Source: Myxococcota bacterium
GTDB lineage: Bacteria > Myxococcota_A > Bradymonadia > UBA7976 > UBA1532
Direction of reading: 5' to 3'
NCBI GenBank assembly: GCA_036337435.1
Contig: JAYZEG010000064.1
Span: 1 to 48,306, forward strand
Length of the DNA stretch: 48,306 nt
In this document: piece after piece, positions 9,219 to 18,282 of the stretch
Layout: the number at the start of each line of letters is the position of its first letter
Position numbering within the stretch: the first letter of the stretch is position 1
The notes under the pieces: model-generated
Seen by the model: the letters and a program-made list of their open reading frames with translations, nothing else
Database searches by the model: none
Told to the model about the DNA's origin: nothing
Made by a program: the position numbers and the translations under genes

Positions 9219-10735
9219 GTGCCTGTTAACGGAAGTTCAATGCTTTCTTGGTTGACTTGGCACCAGGTCATCAGTCGTGGACGCGGGAACTGATACTTTT
9301 GCGGCTTCTCGACGATGATGAAGGTATGCCTGCAATTACAGGGGGACTCGCTGTCATGGACGGGGCCATGGGGTCGCAGAAAACTACCGGAATTCGCGTA
9401 AAAATGACGGTGGCTGCTTTCGAGCCTCTCAAGTCTGGGCGCATGGCTATGTCCAAAGATGACGATCGGAACATCCATCAGCGAATTGATTCGTTGGGCG
9501 GCTCGTTTGAGCTTGGCTCGGATATTTCGGTCGTAGGTACGGCGCAAGAGCAAGGCGGTCCCGAAGCTGGCGGTGGCGGTCAGCGTGGCGGTGAGCAAAG
9601 TGACGGCGGGCTCTGCTCCCAAGAGCAGGCAGCTCAAGGCCGTTACGCCCGTAACGAACAAAGCCAGAACTTCACCCAAGCAGACGTTCGCTGCGACGTG
9701 AACGAAGCTTGACATAATGCTCGTTGCCGTTAACGCATCGAGTGCTTCGAGACGTGTGACCTGAAGACCATACGCATCGGCCATCGCTTGAAGTTGTTCT
9801 TGATGGACGGTGTTGGCTTTCGCGCTTTCGTAGCGACCACTGATGCGATGATATTTCAAGCTGTGATAGGCTAACCCACAATCGCGACCTATCAATTGAC
9901 ACGCCCGGCGCACACCCCCACCGCGAAAGTATCGAATGTAATCGGCCAGCCCCCAATGTTCTTTATCATGAGTCGCAAAGCCCGCCTCTAAGTTGGCAAA
10001 ATACTGGATTGCGATGGCACTCAGGGGTTGGACGATTAACTCCTCTCTTTTTGGACGCAGCGGGCAGAGCTGGGGAGACGTGTTGCAAAACTCATCGAAT
10101 CGGTGGCCATGCTCCATGTAGGCAAAATTGGGGAGATATAAAAACCATGGGTGAAAGTTGATGGACGCCCTAAAATTCTCTCTCTGGACTTGAATCCCGG
10201 CTTCATCACCGAAGTAGATCGATTCAAGAACTTCTACAAAGCGAGTTCGCACACCGGGCCAAAATAACTCAACGTCGTGATTGCCTTGCAGAATCTCCAA
10301 GCGGTTGCCACTGGCAACGAAATCAGCCAGATGAACAAAAACAGCACGATGTCTCTCCATGAGTTTCTCGAGCTTCCAAACCGAGTGGACCTCGCTGTTG
10401 CTCAACCCATATTGATTCTGCTCTTGGTCTGCGCCTTCTGGCGTCATCGTGACTTGCAAGAAGTCAAGAAGATCACCCCCGAGAACCAGTCGCCAGGGTC
10501 GCTCTTCCAGTCTATGTAGCGTGTAATATGCGAGAAATGAGGTAATATGGTGGTCGAGGCTGGTTCCGAGTTTCAGGTAGTCGATTCGAGAGACGTTCTT
10601 GCAGGCTTCACCCAAGTGAAGGTCGCTCAGATACAACAGGTTCTCATCCTGTATGGGTGGGGGCGCATGGGGCTCATGAGCAGTGGCGTCTGCGTGAGCC
10701 CGCTTGGATAACATTTTTTTAATGCGCGCGAACAT
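9215..10735 (-). CDS. calcineurin-like metallophosphoesterase with an inserted two-helix hydrophobic segment
   Basis: Family motifs SDLHLG, GDLLD, GNHD, HGH and GHSH, followed by NSGS; two hydrophobic helices before GHSH. Confidence 0.85.
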   Translation of the reverse strand: MFARIKKMLSKRAHADATAHEPHAPPPIQDENLLYLSDLHLGEACKNVSRIDYLKLGTSLDHHITSFLAYYTLHRLEERPWRLVLGGDLLDFLQVTMTPEGADQEQNQYGLSNSEVHSVWKLEKLMERHRAVFVHLADFVASGNRLEILQGNHDVELFWPGVRTRFVEVLESIYFGDEAGIQVQRENFRASINFHPWFLYLPNFAYMEHGHRFDEFCNTSPQLCPLRPKREELIVQPLSAIAIQYFANLEAGFATHDKEHWGLADYIRYFRGGGVRRACQLIGRDCGLAYHSLKYHRISGRYESAKANTVHQEQLQAMADAYGLQVTRLEALDALTATSIMSSFVHVAANVCLGEVLALFVTGVTALSCLLLGAEPAVTLLTATLTATASFGTALLLRRTYDRNIRAKLKRAAQRINSLMDVPIVIFGHSHAPRLERLESSHRHFYANSGSFLRPHGPVHDSESPCNCRHTFIIVEKPQKYQFPRPRLMTWCQVNQESIELPLTGT

Positions 10736-10897
10736 AACAGTCCATCAATTCCTTCTCACATCATAACCATTTCCAGATCAGGATTGGGTTTGGCAAGTTT
10801 TTTTGGCTTATGACCCTGTCGAGAATTGTAGCGTTCCGGTGAATTATCGTGCAGGCTCGACCGAGTTTTCTGGCTTCTGTTTTTGGTGGATGAGGAT

Positions 10898-11581
10898 ATG
10901 TCAGTCTCGCATCTTTACATTTTTCTTTGCCTGCCGCTTGTCTTGGCTGTGGGATGCGGTGCGGGCGAGTCTGATAACCGTCTTCTCGAAGGGGAGCCCG
11001 TCTATCTTCTACAGTCGCGCTACGCGTTGACCACCGAGCTTATCGATACAAACTGTGCCCTATCGCTGGCTGAGCTGGCATCCTCGACGAGCTCGGTTGA
11101 AGTGCGGCAAACGGGCAATTATATCAATTGGACTCAATACCCTGCAGACTCTGACGGGCAATCCTCCGAGCCGATGAGTATGACCGGTGCTGTTTGTGAA
11201 ACGGCCGATGGCACCATAGAACTGCGGCTCCGAGGCCGTGCTGTGAGTCGTCGTTCGTATGGGACAGGATATTGCCGAACAGAATTTTCGATCCCTGCCA
11301 GTCCGTTATCTTGTCTTGGGCGGGTTGATGAAATCTGCAGTGACCCACAAGCCTTTGTGCTCACATTAGATCGCTGCAGCGGTGGGTTTTTCGGTCGCAC
11401 GAACTCCTGTCTTCGATACGAGGAATCCTGCGCCGGCACGGCTGATTGTCAATTGGCCTTTGAATTTGCCGCATATCCGGCAGGGAACACCCGCCAAAGT
11501 GATGAGTGTTCAGTCCAGACACACTACGTCGACAACTGTCGCTCCAGCTGCGATGCATGTGATTGTATGGGAGGAAGCTGA
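10898..11581 (+). CDS. Cys-rich hypothetical lipoprotein
   Basis: ATG 10898 gives MSVSHLYIFLCLPLVLAVGC (lipobox); many Cys, ending CRSSCDACDC. Confidence 0.6.
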   Translation: MSVSHLYIFLCLPLVLAVGCGAGESDNRLLEGEPVYLLQSRYALTTELIDTNCALSLAELASSTSSVEVRQTGNYINWTQYPADSDGQSSEPMSMTGAVCETADGTIELRLRGRAVSRRSYGTGYCRTEFSIPASPLSCLGRVDEICSDPQAFVLTLDRCSGGFFGRTNSCLRYEESCAGTADCQLAFEFAAYPAGNTRQSDECSVQTHYVDNCRSSCDACDCMGGS

Positions 11582-11770
11582 TTACGTGCGTTTGTAGAAA
11601 ACGATGATAGACAGGCAGTGGAACTGGTTGTCGCTGGACTGTTTGACGACCGTGTCGACAACCTCAACAGAATTGTCGTCAAGCCAGGCCGTCATTCTAG
11701 GGCCCAAGTCGACCCGTTCGTTTGCTTTTGTCGCTGAAAATACCTTCACGGCATCGTATCCGCGAACCAT
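11582..11770 (-). CDS. small (62 aa) hypothetical protein directly downstream of rpsU
   Basis: Fills the gap between flanking genes; VKVFSATKA..R..LG...T.WL and QSSDNQFHCLSI resemble a small family I recall from myxobacterial genomes. Confidence 0.75.
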   Translation of the reverse strand: MVRGYDAVKVFSATKANERVDLGPRMTAWLDDNSVEVVDTVVKQSSDNQFHCLSIIVFYKRT

Positions 11771-11776
11771 GTCTCT

Positions 11777-12016
11777 TTAGCTCCGGCGTGCGCGGGCCCG
11801 AATCGCTCGTCTGCGTTCTTTTCGACGGCGTCGTTCGGCCTCGCGCTGCTTTCGCTTGCGTTTCACCGATGGCTTCTCGTAGTAGCGGCGTCGCTTGAGT
11901 TCTTTATAAATTCCCTCGTGTGCAACTTTGCGCTTGAGGGCTTTGATAGCACGCTCTACGTTATCACCCTCGACGGTGATTTCTAGCGGACGTAGTACAA
12001 TTTCGTTCTGGCTCAA
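11777..12016 (-). CDS. rpsU: 30S ribosomal protein S21
   Basis: NVERAIKALKRKV...ELKRRRYYEKPSVKRKRK; TTG start. Confidence 0.95.
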   Translation of the reverse strand: MSQNEIVLRPLEITVEGDNVERAIKALKRKVAHEGIYKELKRRRYYEKPSVKRKRKQREAERRRRKERRRAIRARARRS

Positions 12017-12085
12017 CTCGGGCCTCGCTTCATATTATCTGGTGTTTATGGTGAACCACAATGGATAGACCACCAAAGTCGCGGC

Positions 12086-12114
12086 ATACTAGAGATAGAT
12101 ACAAGGGTTGTCAA
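12086..12114 (-). promoter_or_regulatory. sigma70-type promoter for rpsU
   Basis: Minus strand TTGACA (12114-12109), 17-nt spacer, TAGTAT (12091-12086). Confidence 0.7.
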
Positions 12115-12168
12115 GGACACGATTTTCGCATATGTGAAGCGCAAGCATTTGCGTGAAGGTAAAAGCAG

Positions 12169-13104
12169 TTGAGCGGTGATCAGTTACCCGTTATTCAGGG
12201 CCACCCAGAAGGCGACCGTTTCGGTCGTAATAGACACGCCCTGCGCTTGCCGGAATTTCTGCGCAAGCAGCTTGGTAAGGGCGATGCTGTTCGTGCAGTA
12301 AAAAGCATGCTCCGAGACAGCGCGCTTGTGACCGTCTGTGAAGAGGCTCGCTGTCCCAATTTAGCAGAATGTTTCAGTCATCGTACCGCGACCTACATGA
12401 TCATGGGGGCCGACTGTACCCGAGCATGTGGGTTTTGCGCGGTTGGGACCGCTGTTCCGAAAGCACTCGACCCAGGTGAACCCGAACGAGTTGCCAACAG
12501 TGCAGCTGAACTGGGATTGAAACATGTTGTGATCACCAGCGTAAACCGAGATGACTTGCCAGATGGTGGTGCGTTGCATTTCAAGCGGACCGTTGAGGCC
12601 GTATCAACGCGATTGCCCAGTGCCGACATTGAAGTACTCACGCCTGATTTTTGCGGTGATTTAGCCGCCGTGGAAACCATTGCGTCAGCCCCGCTGGCGG
12701 TTTTCAACCACAATATGGAGACCATCAAACGTCTGTACCGGCGAATCCGACCCAGGGCAAAGTATGAGCAGTCGTTACTGGTCTTAAATCACGTCGCGAC
12801 TCGTTTTCCAAACTTGGCCGTCAAAAGTGGTTTCATGGTTGGTCTCGGCGAGACTCGAAGCGAAATTTTTGAGCTCATGACCGATATGCGCCAGGCCGGC
12901 GTGAATATCGCGACGATAGGGCAATATCTCCGACCTTCGATAAAGCATGTGCCGGTCGCACACTATCTGCCAGAAAACGCCTATCAGGAGCTTGTCGATT
13001 TTGGTCTTTCCCTGGGCTTTGACCACGTGTTTGCAGGTCCCTTTGTTCGCTCGTCGTACAATGCTGCTGAGGCACTGCGAATGGCACAGGGCAAAGGATT
13101 GTGA
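12169..13104 (+). CDS. lipA: lipoyl synthase
   Basis: VCEEARCPNLAEC, radical SAM CTRACGFC, VITSVNRDDL, NHNMET, GQYLRP, VRSSY. Confidence 0.97.
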   Translation: MSGDQLPVIQGHPEGDRFGRNRHALRLPEFLRKQLGKGDAVRAVKSMLRDSALVTVCEEARCPNLAECFSHRTATYMIMGADCTRACGFCAVGTAVPKALDPGEPERVANSAAELGLKHVVITSVNRDDLPDGGALHFKRTVEAVSTRLPSADIEVLTPDFCGDLAAVETIASAPLAVFNHNMETIKRLYRRIRPRAKYEQSLLVLNHVATRFPNLAVKSGFMVGLGETRSEIFELMTDMRQAGVNIATIGQYLRPSIKHVPVAHYLPENAYQELVDFGLSLGFDHVFAGPFVRSSYNAAEALRMAQGKGL

Positions 13105-14216
13105 TTCCGTGTCTGGTCTTCGAGGCGTCTTGTTGGGACTGGACCCACACGGCTGAAAAAGCACGACACCGCCTATCGTGGCTGGCGGCTCGCGGGGGGC
13201 ACTTGGTTGTCCCGTGTGAAGACCAGCCGCCCCCCTTGATTACGGGGCTCCGGATCCACCCCGTTAAAATCGTCAAGGGCGCATCAAAAGGCGACGTATC
13301 GTTGGCGGTGTCCGACTTTGTGCGCAAATTTGTGAGTGAGCAGTCGCTCTCATTCGTGCACTGTCTTGGTTTGGAATCGGCACTGGCCGCTCTCCTCGGG
13401 GGGCGGGGCCGAGTCCCTGTGATTGTCGAGCCGGGTGCAACGCCAGCGCAGCGCCTTCGCGACAACGAACCTGATCTCAGGGCCAGTCAAATGGTAGATT
13501 TGGTAGACAGCGAAAACCGGGTCTTGACCCGGGCAAATGCTGTCATTGCAAAGACAACCGTTGAAGCTGCCACGCTGGTTAACCGAGGGGTGCTGACCGA
13601 TAATATTTGGACCGTCAACGACGGCCTTCCGACAAATATCGCACCTACCTTAGCCCCAGAACTGCCAGTCATCGGTACGATGGTCACCGATCCCGGTGAT
13701 ATGGACTTGAGCGTTTTAGCGGCGGCCGTCATGCGTCTGAAGTGTGCATGGAGGCTGTGTGTGTTTTTCGACCGCCGCCTGGTTTCACATGGGTCATTGC
13801 TGCGCGAGTTTGATCCGGATGTTGTTTCGCGGATCGAGTTTATTCCTCTCGATGAAGACAGCTTAGTGCGTCTGCAATCGATTCAAATCATGGTAGTCGC
13901 ACCCAGGGTAGGCCGGTCACTCTTGGCCGGCGGATGGTCACCTGAAGGGGTTTATTGGGGCCTCGCTCTACGGCGTCCGCTACTCATCCCCGACACATCG
14001 TCCATGCGAGCGCTGGCAGGCGGAGCTGGCGCTTATTACCAACGGGATGACCCAGCTGATTTGGCTGTACAACTGTCATCTTTCCTCGGTAATCCGAACG
14101 AGCGGCTTGACAAAGTCGAGCGCGTGCGCGAACACGCGGAGCGGTTTAGTTGGTCGCAATCAGAGAATTGTATCAAAGACCTGTGGGACATCACGACTGT
14201 CCATCTAGATTTGTAA
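13101..14216 (+). CDS. divergent GT-B (GT4-like) glycosyltransferase-fold protein
   Basis: C-terminal GT4-like pattern (RRPLLIPD...DDPADLA...[11 protein letters not shown]); start overlaps the lipA stop (GTGA). Confidence 0.6.
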   Translation: MIPCLVFEASCWDWTHTAEKARHRLSWLAARGGHLVVPCEDQPPPLITGLRIHPVKIVKGASKGDVSLAVSDFVRKFVSEQSLSFVHCLGLESALAALLGGRGRVPVIVEPGATPAQRLRDNEPDLRASQMVDLVDSENRVLTRANAVIAKTTVEAATLVNRGVLTDNIWTVNDGLPTNIAPTLAPELPVIGTMVTDPGDMDLSVLAAAVMRLKCAWRLCVFFDRRLVSHGSLLREFDPDVVSRIEFIPLDEDSLVRLQSIQIMVVAPRVGRSLLAGGWSPEGVYWGLALRRPLLIPDTSSMRALAGGAGAYYQRDDPADLAVQLSSFLGNPNERLDKVERVREHAERFSWSQSENCIKDLWDITTVHLDL

Positions 14217-14262
14217 ATTGTCCAGTTGCACTCCGTGCAGACGACATATAGGATATCGCGCC

Positions 14263-17200
14263 ATGCCAAAGAGAGACGACATTAAACGCATACTGATCAT
14301 TGGGTCTGGCCCAATCGTTATCGGTCAAGCATGCGAGTTTGACTACTCGGGTACGCAAGCCTGCAAGGCACTGCGTCAGCATGGTTTCGAAGTGGTGCTT
14401 GTCAACTCAAACCCAGCGACGATTATGACGGATCCCGAAACCGCGGATCGCGTTTATATCGAGCCGATCACGCCACAGGATATCGAGCGAATTATCAGTA
14501 TTGAAAAGCCCGATGCGTTGCTGCCGACCTTGGGTGGTCAGACCGCTCTCAATGCGGCATTGGCCCTATCGGAAGCAGGCACTTTAGCGGCATACAATGT
14601 AGAATTAATCGGTGCCAGCGTTGGCGCGATCCGAAAGGCGGAAGATCGCGATGCCTTCAAGGTCGCCATGGATAAAATTGGCTTAGACATGCCGCGCAGC
14701 GGAATCGGGCGCACAGTCGCTGAGATCAGGGCGTTCGGTGAGCAGTTTGGTTATCCGCTGATCTTACGTCCGAGTTACACGATGGGCGGTTCTGGTGGCA
14801 GCATAGCTTGGACTGAAGACCAGGTAGACGAAATGGCCGAACGGGCCTTACATGCATCACCCGCGAGTGAAGTGCTGGTCGATGAATCAATCCTTGGCTG
14901 GAAAGAATACGAACTCGAAGTGATGCGGGATCGCAACGACAACGTTGTCGTCATTTGCAGCATTGAAAACATCGACCCGATGGGTGTGCACACAGGCGAC
15001 TCGATCACTGTGGCTCCGGCGCAAACCTTGACCGACCGAGAGTATCAGTATCTGCGGGATGCAGCTCTCGCCTGTATCCGGGAGATTGGTGTCGATACGG
15101 GTGGAAGCAATGTGCAGTTCGGCGTCTGTCCTAAAACCGGACGGGTTGTGATCATCGAAATGAACCCTCGTGTAAGCCGCTCGTCGGCACTTGCCAGCAA
15201 GGCAACGGGGTATCCGATCGCGAAGATCGCGGCCCTGTTGGCTGTCGGGTATACACTGGACGAAATCACCAACGATATCACTCGCACAACGCCCGCTAGT
15301 TTCGAGCCGACCATCGACTATGTCGTGACCAAAGTGCCCCGCTTTACTTTTGAAAAGTTCCCTGCGACCGAACCGGTGCTCGGCACTCAAATGAAGTCCG
15401 TCGGCGAAGCAATGTCGATTGGGCGAACGATGACGGAAAGCCTGCAAAAAGCACTTCGCAGTACAGAAACGGACACCTATGGATTAGACCCAACGGCGCA
15501 TCATGGTGACGAAGTCGCGTTGACAAAAATGTTAAGCATCGCGCATCCTCGTCGGCTTTGGTTCGTCGCCGATGCCATGAGAGCAGGGTTTAGTGATGAC
15601 CGACTCTATGAGCTGACAGCGATCGACCCTTGGTTTCTGACGTGTTTGCGGCAGATTGTCGATGCCGAAAATGAACTGTCAGAGTATGAGCTCGAAACGG
15701 TCTCCGAACCTCTCATTCGGGCTGCGAAGAGGATGGGATTCTCAGACCGTCGCCTCGCGACCCTACTCGGCTGTACTGAGACCCAATTTAGGGGCAAACG
15801 CTGGGCACTGGATGTGAGGCCTGTATACAAGCGCGTCGACACATGTGCTGCTGAATTTGAGGCCTTTACACCCTATCTTTACTCCACGTACGAGACGGAA
15901 GATGAGGCTGCCCCAACGAATGAGCGAAAGGTGATTATTCTTGGAGGCGGGCCAAACCGAATCGGTCAAGGGATCGAGTTCGACTATTGCTGTGTCCATG
16001 CTGTTAAGGGGCTCGAAAAAGATGGATTCGAGACCATTATGGTCAACTGCAATCCTGAAACGGTGAGTACAGATTATGATACGAGCGATCGGTTGTATTT
16101 CGAGCCTCTGACTTTTGAGGATGTCCTCGAAATTGTCGATAAGGAAAATCCATACGGTGTCATTGTTCAGTTTGGAGGGCAGACGCCGCTTAAACTCGCA
16201 AAGGCCTTGGAGGCTGCCGGCGTGCCTATCCTCGGAACGTCATCCGATGCCATCGATCGTGCTGAAGACCGCGAGCGATTCCAGGCTGTGATCGACGGTC
16301 TCGGGCTGCTGCAACCAAGCAATGGTGTGGCGCGCAGTGAGTCTGAGGCGGTCGCGGTGGCCGAGCGCATCGGATATCCTGTTGTCGTTCGGCCCAGCTA
16401 CGTGCTCGGTGGACGCGCAATGGAGGTCGTCGGTCACGAGGCCGCCCTGAGAACCTACATGAATGAGGCCGTCCAGGTGAGCCCGGATCACCCTGTCCTC
16501 ATCGATCAGTTTCTTCAAGGGGCTGTCGAATTGGACGTCGATTGTGTCTCGGACGGCTCGACCGTTGTCATCGGCGGTGTGATGGAACATGTAGAAGAGG
16601 CCGGAATTCATAGCGGTGATTCGGCGTGCAGCTTACCGGTTTACAGCGTGCCAACGAGTTTGGTCGATGAAGTTCGCCGCCAAACAAAAGCAATGGCGTT
16701 AGAACTCCAGGTTGTCGGTCTGATGAATGTTCAATTCGCAGTTCGATTCGGAACCGATGTCGCCGAGGAAATCTACGTTTTGGAAGTCAATCCTCGTGCG
16801 AGCCGCACAGTGCCATTTGTCAGTAAAGCGATCGGCGTGCCGCTCGCTCAGCTCGCCGCGCGGGTTATGGCAGGTAAAACGCTCGACGAGCTTGGCTTTA
16901 CGGAAGAGATAAAACCGAAGCATATCTCGGTCAAGGAAGCCGTGTTTCCGTTCGTAAAATTCAATGGAGTCGATACCATTCTGGGGCCTGAGATGAAGTC
17001 GACCGGCGAAGTGATGGGCATTGGCCCTGACTTCGCGACGGCGTTTCTCAAAAGTCAATGGTCTGCGAGTTGTAACTTACCCAAGGAAGGTACGGTACTG
17101 CTGTCGGTCGATGATGCCGACAAATCGGGTTTTTTGACGGTCGCGCGGCGCATGTCGGCGATTGGTTTTAAGCTCGTAGGGACACGCGGCACGGCAGACT

Positions 17201-17487
17201 TTCTGAGGCAGCAAGGTGTCTCCATCGACATCATCAATAAGCAGAACGAAGGTGGTCACGATACGGTCGCATCAATTCAGCGAAAAGAGATTGATATCGT
17301 ATTTTGTACAACCCGGCAGGCGGGTCGCATTCCAAGCTCCCAGGGGTTGCGGAGAGCAGCATTACTGACTGGCATACCGTACTACACGACCTTGGTCGGA
17401 GCTCGCGCGGCCGTGGCTGCCATTGAGCGTTTCGCCAGTGGGCGGCCGACTGTGAATGCTCTACAGGACTATCACGCATCCATTTAG
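14263..17487 (+). CDS. carB: carbamoyl-phosphate synthase large subunit
   Basis: [30 protein letters not shown] from ATG 14263; duplicated ATP-grasp halves; [20 protein letters not shown]-like C-terminus. Confidence 0.98.
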   Translation: MPKRDDIKRILIIGSGPIVIGQACEFDYSGTQACKALRQHGFEVVLVNSNPATIMTDPETADRVYIEPITPQDIERIISIEKPDALLPTLGGQTALNAALALSEAGTLAAYNVELIGASVGAIRKAEDRDAFKVAMDKIGLDMPRSGIGRTVAEIRAFGEQFGYPLILRPSYTMGGSGGSIAWTEDQVDEMAERALHASPASEVLVDESILGWKEYELEVMRDRNDNVVVICSIENIDPMGVHTGDSITVAPAQTLTDREYQYLRDAALACIREIGVDTGGSNVQFGVCPKTGRVVIIEMNPRVSRSSALASKATGYPIAKIAALLAVGYTLDEITNDITRTTPASFEPTIDYVVTKVPRFTFEKFPATEPVLGTQMKSVGEAMSIGRTMTESLQKALRSTETDTYGLDPTAHHGDEVALTKMLSIAHPRRLWFVADAMRAGFSDDRLYELTAIDPWFLTCLRQIVDAENELSEYELETVSEPLIRAAKRMGFSDRRLATLLGCTETQFRGKRWALDVRPVYKRVDTCAAEFEAFTPYLYSTYETEDEAAPTNERKVIILGGGPNRIGQGIEFDYCCVHAVKGLEKDGFETIMVNCNPETVSTDYDTSDRLYFEPLTFEDVLEIVDKENPYGVIVQFGGQTPLKLAKALEAAGVPILGTSSDAIDRAEDRERFQAVIDGLGLLQPSNGVARSESEAVAVAERIGYPVVVRPSYVLGGRAMEVVGHEAALRTYMNEAVQVSPDHPVLIDQFLQGAVELDVDCVSDGSTVVIGGVMEHVEEAGIHSGDSACSLPVYSVPTSLVDEVRRQTKAMALELQVVGLMNVQFAVRFGTDVAEEIYVLEVNPRASRTVPFVSKAIGVPLAQLAARVMAGKTLDELGFTEEIKPKHISVKEAVFPFVKFNGVDTILGPEMKSTGEVMGIGPDFATAFLKSQWSASCNLPKEGTVLLSVDDADKSGFLTVARRMSAIGFKLVGTRGTADFLRQQGVSIDIINKQNEGGHDTVASIQRKEIDIVFCTTRQAGRIPSSQGLRRAALLTGIPYYTTLVGARAAVAAIERFASGRPTVNALQDYHASI

Positions 17488-17506
17488 TGAAGAGGTAAGG
17501 TGAATT

Positions 17507-17986
17507 ATGGATGACCGCATGCCCGTAACGCGGACTGGCTTTGAACGAATGAAGGAAGAGCTCAAGCGTTTAAAAACGACTGAGAGACGTGACGTCGCTC
17601 GTGAAATTGAGATTGCCAGGAGTCATGGTGATCTGCGCGAAAATGCTGATTATGATGCCGCAAAAGAACGCCAGGGGATGCTTGAGGCCACAATTCGTTC
17701 GCTCGAAGATAAGGTTGCTCGCGCGGATGTCATCGACGTTGGCCGCTTGACAGGTGAGCGGATTGTCTTCGGAGCAACGGTGACCTTGCTGGATGTCGAC
17801 AGCGACGAGGAACAAACTGTCATGATCGTAGGAGAAGCGGAAGCAGACGTTAAGCGGGGCCGGATCTCCATTACCTCGCCGGTCGCCCGGGCGTTGATCG
17901 GCAAGAATTTGGATGACAGTGTGAAAGTGCGCACACCGGGTGGGACGAAAGAATATGAAATCGTCGACGTGCAGTTCGTCGCCTGA
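17507..17986 (+). CDS. greA: transcription elongation factor GreA
   Basis: HGDLRENADYDAAKE, ISITSPVARALIGK; common carB-greA gene order. Confidence 0.97.
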   Translation: MDDRMPVTRTGFERMKEELKRLKTTERRDVAREIEIARSHGDLRENADYDAAKERQGMLEATIRSLEDKVARADVIDVGRLTGERIVFGATVTLLDVDSDEEQTVMIVGEAEADVKRGRISITSPVARALIGKNLDDSVKVRTPGGTKEYEIVDVQFVA

Positions 17987-18101
17987 CCGCGTCCGTCTAT
18001 TCGAGAACCATCCAGAGAATATCCTCACCGTTAGTTTTTGAACACTAAGATCCGGGTTGTTTCGGGGTGTTCCCACCGGCCGTATCGGTCCTAAGCTTCT
18101 G

Positions 18102-18114
18102 ATTATCAGTGCTT
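18102..18114. promoter_or_regulatory. possible IHF-binding site
   Basis: TAAGCTTCTGATT has one mismatch to YAANNNNTTGATW and lies about 50 bp upstream of the putative sigma54 promoter. Confidence 0.3.
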
Positions 18115-18164
18115 TTCTGTCTTTTTGCTGCGTTGAGCGTAATCCCGCCGTTGTTGGGTGCAAT

Positions 18165-18181
18165 TTGGATCAAATTTTGCA
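18165..18181 (+). promoter_or_regulatory. putative sigma54 promoter for the tandem metalloprotease genes
   Basis: TTGGATCAAATTTTGCA: GG(18167-68)-N10-GC(18179-80) with TTGCA at -12; about 100 nt upstream of ATG 18283. Confidence 0.55.
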
Positions 18182-18282
18182 ATACTCGTTGAACCGCCAT
18201 GGATTGTAAGAAAACTGCCGAATACCCTCGGGGGTTTGGTATGTGGAGAGTGAGTCGAATGATAAATTGCCAGGAGCAAAGA

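Noticed and set aside
10790..10808. TTGGCAAGTTTTTTTGGCT as a sigma54 promoter
   Set aside because: Spacing is 12 nt.
14218..14262. N-terminal extension of CarB
   Set aside because: The conserved MPKR start is at 14263; the extension comes from longest-ORF calling.
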